From NCBI GenBank assembly GCA_002269645.1, contig NIVC01001639.1:26481-90480 (forward strand): a DNA stretch of 64,000 nt, written 5' to 3'. Both the position numbers and the translations under genes were made by a program. Under the pieces are notes generated by a model. The model made no database searches and was not told where the DNA came from. It saw only the letters and a list, made by a program, of their open reading frames with translations. The stretch is from Macrostomum lignano. Lineage: Eukaryota. Of the stretch, positions 52,441 through 64,000 are shown piece after piece (positions within the stretch are counted from its first letter, which is position 1; every line of letters starts with the position of its first letter).

Positions 52441-52577
52441 ACTCTATAGTCAAACGAGCGTTTGTACATTTAAGTATTTTTCCCGCTGAAAAAAACACAC
52501 TGCATTTTCAGCTGTTTGCTACAAGACAAATATTAACAAAACTTCAATCAAACTTCGTGCAGTTATCAAGGGCGTAA

Positions 52578-52635
52578 CCAAGGACCACTAACAGTATATC
52601 CTGCTATCCAAGGATATACTGATAGTGGTCCTTGG
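52578..52635. mobile_element. 58-bp palindromic mini-insertion (MITE-like or hairpin RNA) flanked by a GCGTAA direct repeat
   Basis: CCAAGGACCACTA-A-CAGTATATCCT / AGGATATACTG-A-TAGTGGTCCTTGG: 24-bp stem, one mismatch, 8-nt loop; GCGTAA at 52572-52577 and 52636-52641. Confidence 0.7.
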
Positions 52636-53092
52636 GCGTAACCTGTCTCGCTTTATGCCTGCCAGATGAAAGTGACTTTAAAAATTTCTTTCATTACAAT
52701 AAGCACTCAAGATTTTGTTCAAACTTCGCCTTCCGCTGTGCTTGGAGAGCCGGTCGAAATGACAGATACGAAGACAAAAAAGTTTTGCGAGAATAAATTA
52801 ATATGATACCGGTTTATTGACTTGCAAATAAAATTCCTTTGTAGTTGTCGAAATGCAGTAACAAAACTTTACCGAAACTAATTCATGAATGCAAGTGTGG
52901 GCCTCATTTATGGCCAACCAATACAAATACGGATTCGCCGTAGCAAATGATCTGCCAGCTTCTTGCATCATCGCTACGCAAATTTTCGAATAAAAATAAG
53001 CATAACGGTCTGCATGATAATTAATTAGATAATTGCTGGAAAATACAGTTCAAAGTATGCATAGAGATATTTACGAAGATGGAAGCACCGCT

Positions 53093-54457
53093 TCAGTCAT
53101 CGCCGACTTTGTCCATTTCCTCGACCTCCTCCTCTTCTCCCTCGACGCTGTCTACTCCGACCTCTTCGTAGTCCTTCTGCATGGCGCCAAGATCTTCCCG
53201 GGCCTCGGCGAACTCGCCCTCCTCCATGCCTTCCCCTACGTACCAGTGTACAAACGCCCGCTTGGAATACAACAGGTCGAACTTGTACGCCAGCCGATCC
53301 CAGGCCTCCGCGATGGCGGTGGTGTTGCTCAGCATGCAGACTGCGCGTGGAACTTTTGCCAGATCACCGCCAGGTACCGTCGTTGGCGGCTGATAGTTCA
53401 TGCCCACCTTGAAGCCTGTGGGGCACCAGTCGACAAACTGTATTTCGCGCTTAGTCTTGATTTTCTGAATCGCTTCGTTGATGTCTTTCGAGGAGACGTC
53501 GCCGCGGTACAGAAGACAGCAGGCCATGTACTTTCCGTGCCGAGGGTCGCACTTCACCATCTGACTGCTAGCTTCAAAGCACGAGTTAGTAATCTCTTTA
53601 ACTGTGAGCTGCTCGTGATGCGCCTTCTCTGCTGAAAGAATTGGTGAATAAGTAGCAAGAGGGAAGTGAATCTTTGGATAAGGAACCAGATTTGTTTGAA
53701 ACTCGCTGATGTCCACATTTACTGAGCCGTCAAACCGAAGCGACGCGGTTATGGAGGATACGACTTGGCTAATCAGCCTGTTCAAGTTTGTATAAGTTGG
53801 CCTCTCGACGTCTAAGTTTCTTCGGCAAATGTCGTAGATGGCTTCATTGTCCACTATCATTCCGCAGTCGGAGTGCCTCAGTGTTCCGTGTGTGCACAGA
53901 ATCGCGTTGAATGGCTCCACCACAGCGGTGCACACTTGCGGCGACGGGTAGACGGCGATTTCCAGCTTGGCTCGCTTGCCGTACTCCGACGCCAGGCGGT
54001 CCATCAGCAACGACGTGAATCCGGAGCCGGTACCGCCGCCAAAGGAGTGGTACACAAGGAAGCCCTGCAGGCCTGAACAGTTCTCGGCTAGACGGTTGAT
54101 CACCTCTCGCACTTGTCCGATCACCTCCTTGCCGACTGTGTAGTGTCCCCGGGCGTAGTTGTTGGCGGCATCCTCTTTGCCCGAGATGAGCTGCTCCGGG
54201 TGAAACATCTGCCTGTAGGTGCCGCATCGGACTTCATCAATGACGGTTGGCTCCAAATCCACAAACACTGTGCGAGGCACGTATCGTCCAGACGAGGTCT
54301 CTGAGAAGAAAGACGATTGAGAATCGTCGGATTTTTCTCTACCAGGCAACATCAGACCGTCCGGCTGGATGCTGTGCTCAAGACAGAAGAGCTCCCAACA
54401 GGCGTTGCCTATCTGCACTCCCGTCTGACCGACGTGAATTGAGATGCACTCGCGCAT
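53093..54457 (-). CDS. TUBA: Alpha-tubulin, divergent, intronless, 454 aa
   Basis: [31 protein letters not shown] signature, [15 protein letters not shown]; AATAAA at 52813-52818 (-). Confidence 0.96.
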   Translation of the reverse strand: MRECISIHVGQTGVQIGNACWELFCLEHSIQPDGLMLPGREKSDDSQSSFFSETSSGRYVPRTVFVDLEPTVIDEVRCGTYRQMFHPEQLISGKEDAANNYARGHYTVGKEVIGQVREVINRLAENCSGLQGFLVYHSFGGGTGSGFTSLLMDRLASEYGKRAKLEIAVYPSPQVCTAVVEPFNAILCTHGTLRHSDCGMIVDNEAIYDICRRNLDVERPTYTNLNRLISQVVSSITASLRFDGSVNVDISEFQTNLVPYPKIHFPLATYSPILSAEKAHHEQLTVKEITNSCFEASSQMVKCDPRHGKYMACCLLYRGDVSSKDINEAIQKIKTKREIQFVDWCPTGFKVGMNYQPPTTVPGGDLAKVPRAVCMLSNTTAIAEAWDRLAYKFDLLYSKRAFVHWYVGEGMEEGEFAEAREDLGAMQKDYEEVGVDSVEGEEEEVEEMDKVGDD

Positions 54458-54718
54458 TTTTGCGTTTGGATGCAACAAGTCTGGGAGCCTTGAGTATTCT
54501 TTTTCTTGTCTTCTTGATTTCTAACTCATTTTACAAACAGAGGCGCAATATGAGTATAATTTTGTCAGATTTTACAGGCTTCAACTTTTAGTCTATGGCC
54601 AACTGCGAATATTTCGACATTCATGTTGCCTTCTGACAACTGAGATACTGAGTGAGACCCTAGATGCTTATTGTTCACTTGTGTTCCGATAGTTATTGAC
54701 CTAACAGCAGAAATACAT

Positions 54719-54755
54719 GTACGAGGGTAGATACAAAAAGCAAAATTACTTTTCT
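54719..54755 (+). mobile_element. Possible mariner-like TIR remnant
   Basis: TACGAGGGT...CAAAAAG, similar to 48307; no partner end found. Confidence 0.3.
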
Positions 54756-55129
54756 GCTAAAAAGCTGGTTTTCTTTCAGGATTTTTTTCAATACTATGAG
54801 GATAAGCAATGGTCTGGATTAAAATTGATAGAGTGTTATTCTAAACTGTTGGAAACAATGAATAAAAACGCGAAATGCGGAGTAAGTGTGAGCTTCAAGT
54901 TTTAACAAAAGCGTTGACAGCTTGATAGATTTAAATGAGTACAATAATACACAGCATTTATAGCTGGATTGCTAGCTACAGCCATCATATTTTCCACAGC
55001 TTTCATTCTTTCATCATAATTAGAACGAGAATCCCAACATCAACAACAAAAACGACAATCCGTCAAAACGGACATTACCAGAAAACTGTGACATAACACG
55101 CTTCACAGGTTGAGATGCATAGCATAGGC

Positions 55130-55310
55130 TCAAACGTAGCCCCAACCTGTTCAGGACGTCCTGCTGCTCACCTTGCAGGGCCCGTTCAGGCGGGGTCAGG
55201 CCCGAAACCGTCGATACGTGGACTGCCTGCTGTGCGACGCTGGGGCGCCCGACACAGCCAACGAAGCGGACTTGGTTCGCTCCCAGACTCTGCGGCGCGC
55301 CATCTGACGC
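55130..55310 (+). mobile_element. Decayed copy of the dispersed coding-derived repeat (PQPVQDVLLLTLQG...RYVDCLLCDAGA...WFAPR)
   Basis: Translated similarity to the 58014-58316 and 49395-49570 copies. Confidence 0.6.
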
Positions 55311-56431
55311 GCCCGGCTCTAACTGGGACTTTGCATGCGGGGTAGCGGATTTTGTTGTTGTTGCTCTTGTAGGTCCCATGCACTTGCCGACCGAATCTAC
55401 GAGCGTACGTATGATGTGGCCTGCCTACTGAAGTCGCTGGCGGCGCAACAGGCTGGCTTGTATGAACAGACTAGACCTCCACGGCGACAGAGTGTCAAGT
55501 AAAGGACTCACTCGGAGGTGAGCATGCCACACAGCATGCATTAGGTTAAGCACTCGAACCTAGGTGGTTTTTAGTTATCATCATAACGCTGTACTATTCT
55601 TAGTGAAAAATGCATTGGGCCTGTTACGACACATTCGTTCATTATCTGGTGCAGGAAAAAAAGATTTTTTTCACTATATTTATCCTGGCATGAATTTGAG
55701 CATTTTACCGAAATACTAAAGCTATTTACGGCTTCGTGAATGTAATCACTAATGTAAGGAATGGTATAGTTACTTTGATAGATAAACAAAGCAATACCAT
55801 TTTTGTTAATAAAATCGTTCCCTATAGATCATACATAGAGTAACTTAATCTTAATCTTAGCTTAACTAGACTGGGCGTTGCTGCTCTTCCCACCCGCATG
55901 TTGGAGCTTAATAATAGCTTGTTGTCCGATATCCGAGTAAGGGGAGGGGGGGTGAGTTATTCAAGCTGCATGTAGATTTAATGAGTACGAGTACACTTTT
56001 ATGGCGTTCGGCTCCTTCGAAAGATACAAGCCATTTTTCAAGTATATATTAAAAGGTTGTTAAAAAACCAGCAAAGTGTTCCATTGTCTGTGTCTGTGAC
56101 ATAACATTTCTAGAAAGTTCGCATTGCTGCAAACAAAAAATTGTTTCCTTCTGTTAAAATTTCAAGGAAGTTATATATCTCTAAACATATTTCATGAAAT
56201 ATGTAAAATATGTACTTTTAGATGTAGAAAAGAAAATTCGAAAATAACCAATGCACGTCTACCTGCAAAAGACGCACACTATTACTTTCCACTAGATGGT
56301 GAGAGAAAATAAAAAAAATGGTTAGGATAACTAGAGACTGCGGTACAAAAGTCGAGTTAAAAAGTTTCCTGCAAATCCAAGCCTTGGTGTTCATACATAA
56401 ATATTCGGCTATTCGTTCAATTATTTGCAGA

Positions 56432-57196
56432 CTAAAACACTGACTGGCACTCGCAAAAGTAGCGATGCATTCCAGTGCATTCGAAGTCGTCTATGCCTCC
56501 CGAAGAAAATCCACTGAAGAGGTTGGCGCAGAATAACGCAGCAGGCCCGTTCGGCTCACCGGCATGCCAGACTAAGGCGCTGATAGGCAAATTACAGCCA
56601 GTCCAAAACCAACTGGAGGGCACGTTTGCTGGATTCCCAGCGCCGCCGAGAAAGTAACTGAATCCAAGTCCGATCTGCTGCTTCAACGAGTGGAGGTACT
56701 CCACCTCGTCAAGGTCGATTGCGTCAGCGAACTTGGACAGACCAGGTTCCGCACTGCAGGTCTGATTGGCAGTCGACCAGAAGGCGATCTCTGTGCTCCC
56801 CTTGTACGAGGTGCCGTATTTGGTGTGCTCGTATCCGGACGGACACAGGCGACCCGGAGGTACGCCGGGCAGAGACCTCACATACACAGTCACCTGATGA
56901 GTGCAGCTCGGCACAGACTGCACACGGTGACTGCACGCATCGAACAGGAACAGCTTGCACTGACAGGCTCCAGCTGTCAGCACTGAGAAGGCCTGACACT
57001 TGTCCTTCCTAGCGCAGGCAATGCCGCAGTCGAGTTCAGTGCACAGACCCGATACGATGTGGATAAACTCGGGTCGCACGCAGTCCACACCGGTGGTCTT
57101 GTGGAATGCGACCTTGGGTTCGCACGACTCAGAGAGCACCGCTGAAGCGGAGAAGAGTTCCAGAAGTAGAGCAAAAGCTACCATATAGAATTCCAT
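56432..57196 (-). CDS. Secreted PAN/apple-domain plus C-type lectin protein (paralog A), 254 aa, intronless
   Basis: Signal peptide MEFYMVAFALLLELFSASA; PAN cysteine pattern ELDCGIACARKDKCQAF; CTLD with CPSGY, A..C, FLGG, WFW, WHAGEPN, C, DDFEC and YFCEC. Confidence 0.85.
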   Translation of the reverse strand: MEFYMVAFALLLELFSASAVLSESCEPKVAFHKTTGVDCVRPEFIHIVSGLCTELDCGIACARKDKCQAFSVLTAGACQCKLFLFDACSHRVQSVPSCTHQVTVYVRSLPGVPPGRLCPSGYEHTKYGTSYKGSTEIAFWSTANQTCSAEPGLSKFADAIDLDEVEYLHSLKQQIGLGFSYFLGGAGNPANVPSSWFWTGCNLPISALVWHAGEPNGPAALFCANLFSGFSSGGIDDFECTGMHRYFCECQSVF

Positions 57197-58013
57197 GATG
57201 CGCAGATAGCGCGAAGTTGTTCGAATTTGAAAGGTAATATAGACTGCTACTGAGTCAATTGAAGTATTGCTGCCTGGTTTCAACTACTCCCGCGAGTTTG
57301 GGCTAAAAATTATAATTAGAGCTGAAATTCTGCTTCATTGCAAGAATTTTATACTCAATAGATTGTACTGCACGTAGGCTAAAAACAAAACTGCATGGTT
57401 TCGAGTGTTTTCCGACCACCACTCCAGGGATCATCGATTTTTTTTATTGGCGCCGATAATTGGATCCCACGCCATCCCATGAATTATTTATTAATCCTTA
57501 TTGCGGGGATAGCAAAGCCAGCTTAATTCCGACCCTTTGCCGCTTATTTCCTAACCATTTTTGATGGATGAGGCTGCTGTCTGCGGCAGGAGGTGGGAGC
57601 GGAGCTGGGAGTGAGGCGGCTGCTCAAAAAGTTAAAGCGATAACGAAGGGCCTGACACGGTTGACTGCCTAAATCGATTTGGGCTGACGTTTTTTGTATC
57701 TGTTGGGCAAATGATCCTCCACCTAGCTAAGCAGATGTTAAAATAATATTTCCATTCTTTTGTCCCTACCCCACGCGTCAATGTTAGTATGTAGCTTGAA
57801 TATTGTTGGGCCTGGCCTGACCAAGCTGCAATTAGTCAGTTATAATCGGACATAGCTACGACGCTATGAAAATGCTATCACTGCCATTATGAGTAGACGG
57901 TGCGGCCTACGATCGCTGTTATAGTTGTAAAATTTAAAAAACTACTATGTTCGTAGATGCAACTTAGGTCTTAAAAGTCATAAATCGCGCCCATGGACCA
58001 AGGGAATGACGCT

Positions 58014-58430
58014 TCACTCGGTTCTCTTAGAAATTAGTAGTAAGGAGTTGTCCATGAACACGCCTCTGGATCTAGGCGCGAACGTAGGCCACGCCACCAC
58101 TGACCCAGACCGGATCCAGCAGTTGTGAGCCAGCTGGCAATCGACGTACGAGCCAACCTTGAGTGTGCACCTGTCCTCCGCCCCGTGGTATGCCTGCAGC
58201 GTCAGCAGCAGCACCTCCTGGACCGGCTGTGGGCAGTACGACTCGATGCGGATAGCGTGGCCTGCCTGTGGGTTGTACGATAGTGACTCGCTCTTGTCGT
58301 TGATCTGGATCGACATATGACACCGCCGGCGACTCCAGCTGACAGGCTACATAATCCGCGCCGAGTCATACTGCCCACAGCCGGTGCAGGTGCTGCTGCT
58401 GACGCTGTAGGCACCCTGGATTCGGTGGGC
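58014..58430. mobile_element. Head-to-head pair of the dispersed coding-derived repeat: least decayed copy as ORF 58014-58316 (-), partial copy 58350-58430 (+)
   Basis: [23 protein letters not shown]...YVDCQLAH...PTFAPR; 58191-58253 and 58354-58413 are inverted repeats. Confidence 0.6.
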
Positions 58431-59560
58431 GGTGCGTCCTTCTTTTGCGAACCTTGTGACCCTGACTTCTTAAGACCCTGACCTTTTGTTTTTTGTTTTT
58501 TGTTGCTGATGCTGATCATTTACGTCGATTAGTTGCATAAAAACTGTATGTAAACTTTTAAATGTTACAGTTTCTTGGTGTTTTCCCTCAAAACATTGTT
58601 GGTGGAACTAAACGCCGACCTTTGGATGGCAACCATTTTCTATCGCTAATACTGATGTTCCAATCTGACCCGGAAAACACTGGATATTGTGTTTGGGTTT
58701 ATACTCATCAAACAGGTCGCGGGAGCTTTTACCGCTGCCAGGAATAGCAGTATTGGTTGGATACAGAATGTTGAAGCGCAAAACACTGGAGCTATAGCCA
58801 CTTTGCTACCCAAAGCCCACAAAGTGAAAGTTGTGGATTTCAGGTAATTTTGTTATACTTTTCACTATTTGACTACTCGAAAAACTCTACAGAGATTTAA
58901 TTCGAAGTGTTTTTAAGCGGAGTTTGTCCAGCATTGGCTCATTTCGATACTTTTATATCAAATTACGCAATTTTGTTTTTTTGCGCGCCTCAATATTTTC
59001 AGCGTCAAAATTGAAATATGCTCAAACAGGAGAATATATATTTTCGTTGCGAATGGTGTTTTAATATAATTAGCTGCATTAATTTGTGTAAAATTGAGTT
59101 TCCGTTCAAATAGAATAAGAGAGTTTCACATTAGTTTATGAGAATCAAACTTCAGACATGATGAAGTAATTCGAGCTACGAGCTGACCATGAGACCATCA
59201 ATCACGCTTGCAGTGATTTTTGTTTGAAAGCAATTTTATCAGAATAAACTTGGGAAACAATTAAGATTCCAAAGTGTATTTTCTCCGTTAGCCAGCCATA
59301 CATTTTTGTTAATCAAATCATTCCTAGCATCATTCATCATCTTTCGATAAATGGCTTTTAAAATGCCACACAGAGCGCTGCACGACAAATCTTCAGGTTC
59401 AGGCACAAGCAGGCACAAAGAATGGACGGCTTGAGTTAAGTAGATGATTGTTGGCCCTTGTTAAACATTTGAGCAGTGCTTAAATAGTTAAATGGGCTGG
59501 ATGCAAAAGTTATTGTATATAAAGCACTGTTAAAATCTCAATCAGAAATGCAGCCAAGAA

Positions 59561-61005
<1,445 letters not shown>

Positions 61006-62273
61006 AATGAGGATCAGTTGATAAACTCAATCAATGCAACCAACGACTAACTTGTTCGACCAATAACGGCTAACGACTAACGTTTGCACTGTAGCTTGGC
61101 TAGTTAAACGTTGTTTTTTATTTGCTGAACTGCCCGCGACATAAAAACAGGACCTTTTGGAATGTATGTTATGCTCGAGAATTTTTGTTGCAAGCATTGC
61201 TTGTTATGTTAAACTAATGCAATTTTTAACCTACCTTGAATACGTCGGTTAGACGAAACGTGTTGGCATTCAATATTAGATTTTTGTGTTCACTGACAAT
61301 TCTTTTCAATTGAGGTTGAAATCAGGCTAATTTACCGTACATGTGTATGTGTATTCTCTGATTAGATGCTCCCAAACTATATCATCTTTGGTTTCTAAGC
61401 GGACGACTCACTTTGATCTTCTGAGGAATACCGATCTAGTAATATAGATGTGTCCATGCCCGAGTTTGTGTCTCCCTAATCAAATGTCTTACTCAAACTT
61501 AGATAGCACTGTATTTGCGTAAAACAGTTAAGACATGTGTAGAAAAACTTGCGACTACTCTACTCACAAATTCTTCAGCCTCTGTGCTTCTTCGAAATGT
61601 AGATGTTCCAAATTGAAAACTTACATCAAGAAGTACAACGAAATCCTGACTAGAAAACACTAAAAAACAAGCATCAAGACACGACGTTCGTCCTGCTTGG
61701 AGACGGTCTCTGACAGTCAGCTTGTTCTGGTACAATGGTTGCACCAGGCTTACCAGAATGCGCTGCACTGGGTTAACAGGATCTGGTTGCTATAAGCCAT
61801 ATATTTTTCTTGCCAATGTGTCACTTAAGAGTCGCTAAAAGAACTTCGAGAAATAGAATAGAATTAGAATTAGAATTATTCATCAAAATACATGAATATT
61901 TAGATCGTATTGTTTTGCTTGAACAAATTCATCGATCAGATAGCTAGCAAAAAGCTTAGACAGGGAAAGAGAATGTCGACCAGAAAGGCACTCGGGACAG
62001 GCCGAAAATGACTACATGAAAGGTGTTGCATTAACGGAATCTAGGCCGAAATATCAAGACATTTTTTACATTCTTTTATATCCTGTACATGTCTATCAAT
62101 ACTTAGTCTTCTCTGGTCACTTTTCAAAGCCCCGCGCTCCAACCCCGGTGGAAAATTTGGAATTCGGAATTGTCATTTTTTTGCGTGGGTGTGAAAATAT
62201 TCTCGACATTTCGTCTGCAAACGGTGGGTTTTTGTCTACGCTCTCAAATATTCTACTAATTGGTCAGAGATCT

Positions 62274-63089
62274 TCAGAATACTGACTGGCATTCGCAAAT
62301 ATATTGGATTGCTTCGGTGCAAAAAAAGTCATCCAATCCTGTCGCGTACTTTTTATAAAGGCCAGTGCATCCTTGTATTGGAAAGCCGTGGTTGGGCTGG
62401 TCAGTGTACCACATGCTTGAGCTGATGGAGCTGTTGCAGGCAACCCAGAACCAACCGTTCGACTTCGGAGTAAACGCGGCAGTCTGATTGCCTCCAAGGA
62501 AAAAATTTAGTGATGAGGCTTCTGGAATGACAATGTGCTGCAGACTCAGCAGGTAGCTCGATTCGTCGGAGTCGATTGCGTCAGCGAACTTCGAGAGTCC
62601 AGCCTCGGCGCTGCAACTTTGGAGAGCATCGTTCCAGGTGACCGTCTTATCCATGACAAACTTGTACGAGGTGCCGTGTCTCGTGTGCTCGTATCCGGAC
62701 GGACACAGGCGACCCGGAGGTACGCCGGGCAGAGACCTCACATACACAGTCACCTGATGAGTGCAGCTCGGCACAGACTGCACACGGTGACTGCACGCAT
62801 CGAACAGGAACAGCTTGCACTGACAGGCTCCAGCTGTCAGCACTGAGAAGGCCTGACACTTGTCCTTCCTAGCGCAGGCAATGCCGCAGTCGAGTTCAGT
62901 GCACAGACCCGGCACGATGTGGATGAACTCGGGTCGCACGCAGTCCACGCCGGTGGTCTTGTGGAATGCGACCTTGGATTCGCTGCAGGATTTGGATAGC
63001 ACTGTTGATGCCCAAAAGATTTGAAGCCATGCAAACAGCTGCAATGATGTTGTACTGCTCAGGACAGTTAGTAACAGGCGCAACTTCAT
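62274..63089 (-). CDS. Secreted PAN/apple-domain plus C-type lectin protein (paralog B), 271 aa, intronless
   Basis: Hydrophobic N-terminus from MKLRLLLTVL; PAN block near-identical to paralog A; CTLD with TWNDALQSC, FLGG, WFW, WYTDQPN, DDFFC and YICEC. Confidence 0.85.
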   Translation of the reverse strand: MKLRLLLTVLSSTTSLQLFAWLQIFWASTVLSKSCSESKVAFHKTTGVDCVRPEFIHIVPGLCTELDCGIACARKDKCQAFSVLTAGACQCKLFLFDACSHRVQSVPSCTHQVTVYVRSLPGVPPGRLCPSGYEHTRHGTSYKFVMDKTVTWNDALQSCSAEAGLSKFADAIDSDESSYLLSLQHIVIPEASSLNFFLGGNQTAAFTPKSNGWFWVACNSSISSSMWYTDQPNHGFPIQGCTGLYKKYATGLDDFFCTEAIQYICECQSVF

Positions 63090-63569
63090 CTGAATTGTAC
63101 ACCGCAGTTGACTTTCAAAAGATTTTGAAGTGCTTGTGTAGTTTATAAATGTTGAAGGCCTTCGAAGTAGAGAAGTCAAGTTTTTCGCCCAGATTAGGTA
63201 AAACGACTTGGTATGAACATGGCAAGCAGGACTGGCTTTTATCTTTGCATCGCAAACAGTTTTTTGGGTGACGGTTAATGCTAGTTGCAGCTCTCTCCGT
63301 CACGGAATTCTATCAATGTGTGCACAGGTTCAGTTTGCAAGTTCAGTCTACTTGCTGCTTTAGATAGCAGATATTATCGTTCAAATGAAAAGCTTTTGGG
63401 CTACTGAGCAAGACTAAAATCTCGACAGAAATCCATCAGTATTTGCTTCCAGTAGCAGATTTTCCAATTGTCAGGCAGTTACACTCCTTGTGTCTTGGGG
63501 TTGGGCCTCAGGGGTGTGAATCGAATGATATCCTGCAGGCCCAATTTAAGTACACAAGTCCCGAATAAA

Positions 63570-63648
63570 AGTGTTTGCGCACGGAATCGAACCAGGGGTC
63601 GGTTGGCTTAAGCCAAATGTGTTTACTGTTGAGCTGCTCTGTTCCTGA
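63570..63648 (-). mobile_element. Degenerate tRNA-derived SINE head
   Basis: Minus strand has a weak A box (agcagctcaacagta) and B box GGTTCGATTCC; no intact cloverleaf. Confidence 0.4.
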
Positions 63649-64000
63649 GGTCTTAGATATGCGCTAACAGAAATGCATCTTATTCCAATAAAACCTTTTC
63701 TGAATTTAATCCCTCGCCTTTGTCGTGAGAACAACTTTACACAGCTCTTAGTTACCTTAGAAACTTACATCCTGTGCAATGAAACTAGCAAGCTTGAACA
63801 GGTGCTTTTCTCCTTTACAGGAAAGCTCCAAAAAGATTTTCAGCAACAAAAGTATTTGGTGAGCTTAGCACTCATTCAGACTTCAGCTTTATTTAACACA
63901 GAGTTAGTTTAGCATGGTAGTGATCGATTCGATAAACTTGTATGCGACTGATTTGAGAACAGTACGCTCATAAACTGTTGGATGTAATCAGGTAGAAACG

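Noticed and set aside
58202-58519. Basic N-terminal ORF as a viral capsid arm (endogenous viral element)
   Set aside because: Part of it is the antisense reading of the inverted repeat arm, and no capsid or replicase motif was recognised.

Overview
This is eukaryotic (animal) genomic DNA with GT-AG spliceosomal introns, GC3-rich exons and introns filled by locus-specific mini- and microsatellites. The style resembles the flatworm Macrostomum, but that is an unverified inference. Most long ORFs in the supplied track are artefacts of tandem repeats, so genes were rebuilt by hand from splice sites and phase. Left part (1-47 kb), intron-rich conserved genes: prohormone-4/IDL-like LDLa precursor (-, 3' end not found), a PDI-family a-a'-D protein ending KEEL (+), MVD (-), Rab1 (-), AK7 (+, 11 exons) and BTBD7-like (-), with about 28 tandem arrays. 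Right part (49-64 kb), largely free of tandem arrays and mostly single-exon genes: ferritin, a ZIP metal transporter (1-nt frameshift), a divergent alpha-tubulin, and a cluster of secreted PAN/apple-domain lectins (two PAN+C-type lectin genes, one PAN+fibrinogen gene with a 1-nt frameshift, one orphan PAN fragment). Best leads: (i) the PAN-lectin cluster, where a nucleotide-identical PAN module is joined to divergent recognition domains; (ii) inverted 17-bp arrays bracketing one symmetric exon; (iii) an in-frame duplicated splice donor in AK7; (iv) two SINE copies recording directional CpG/GC-to-AT decay; (v) five decayed copies of an unidentified protein-coding element.
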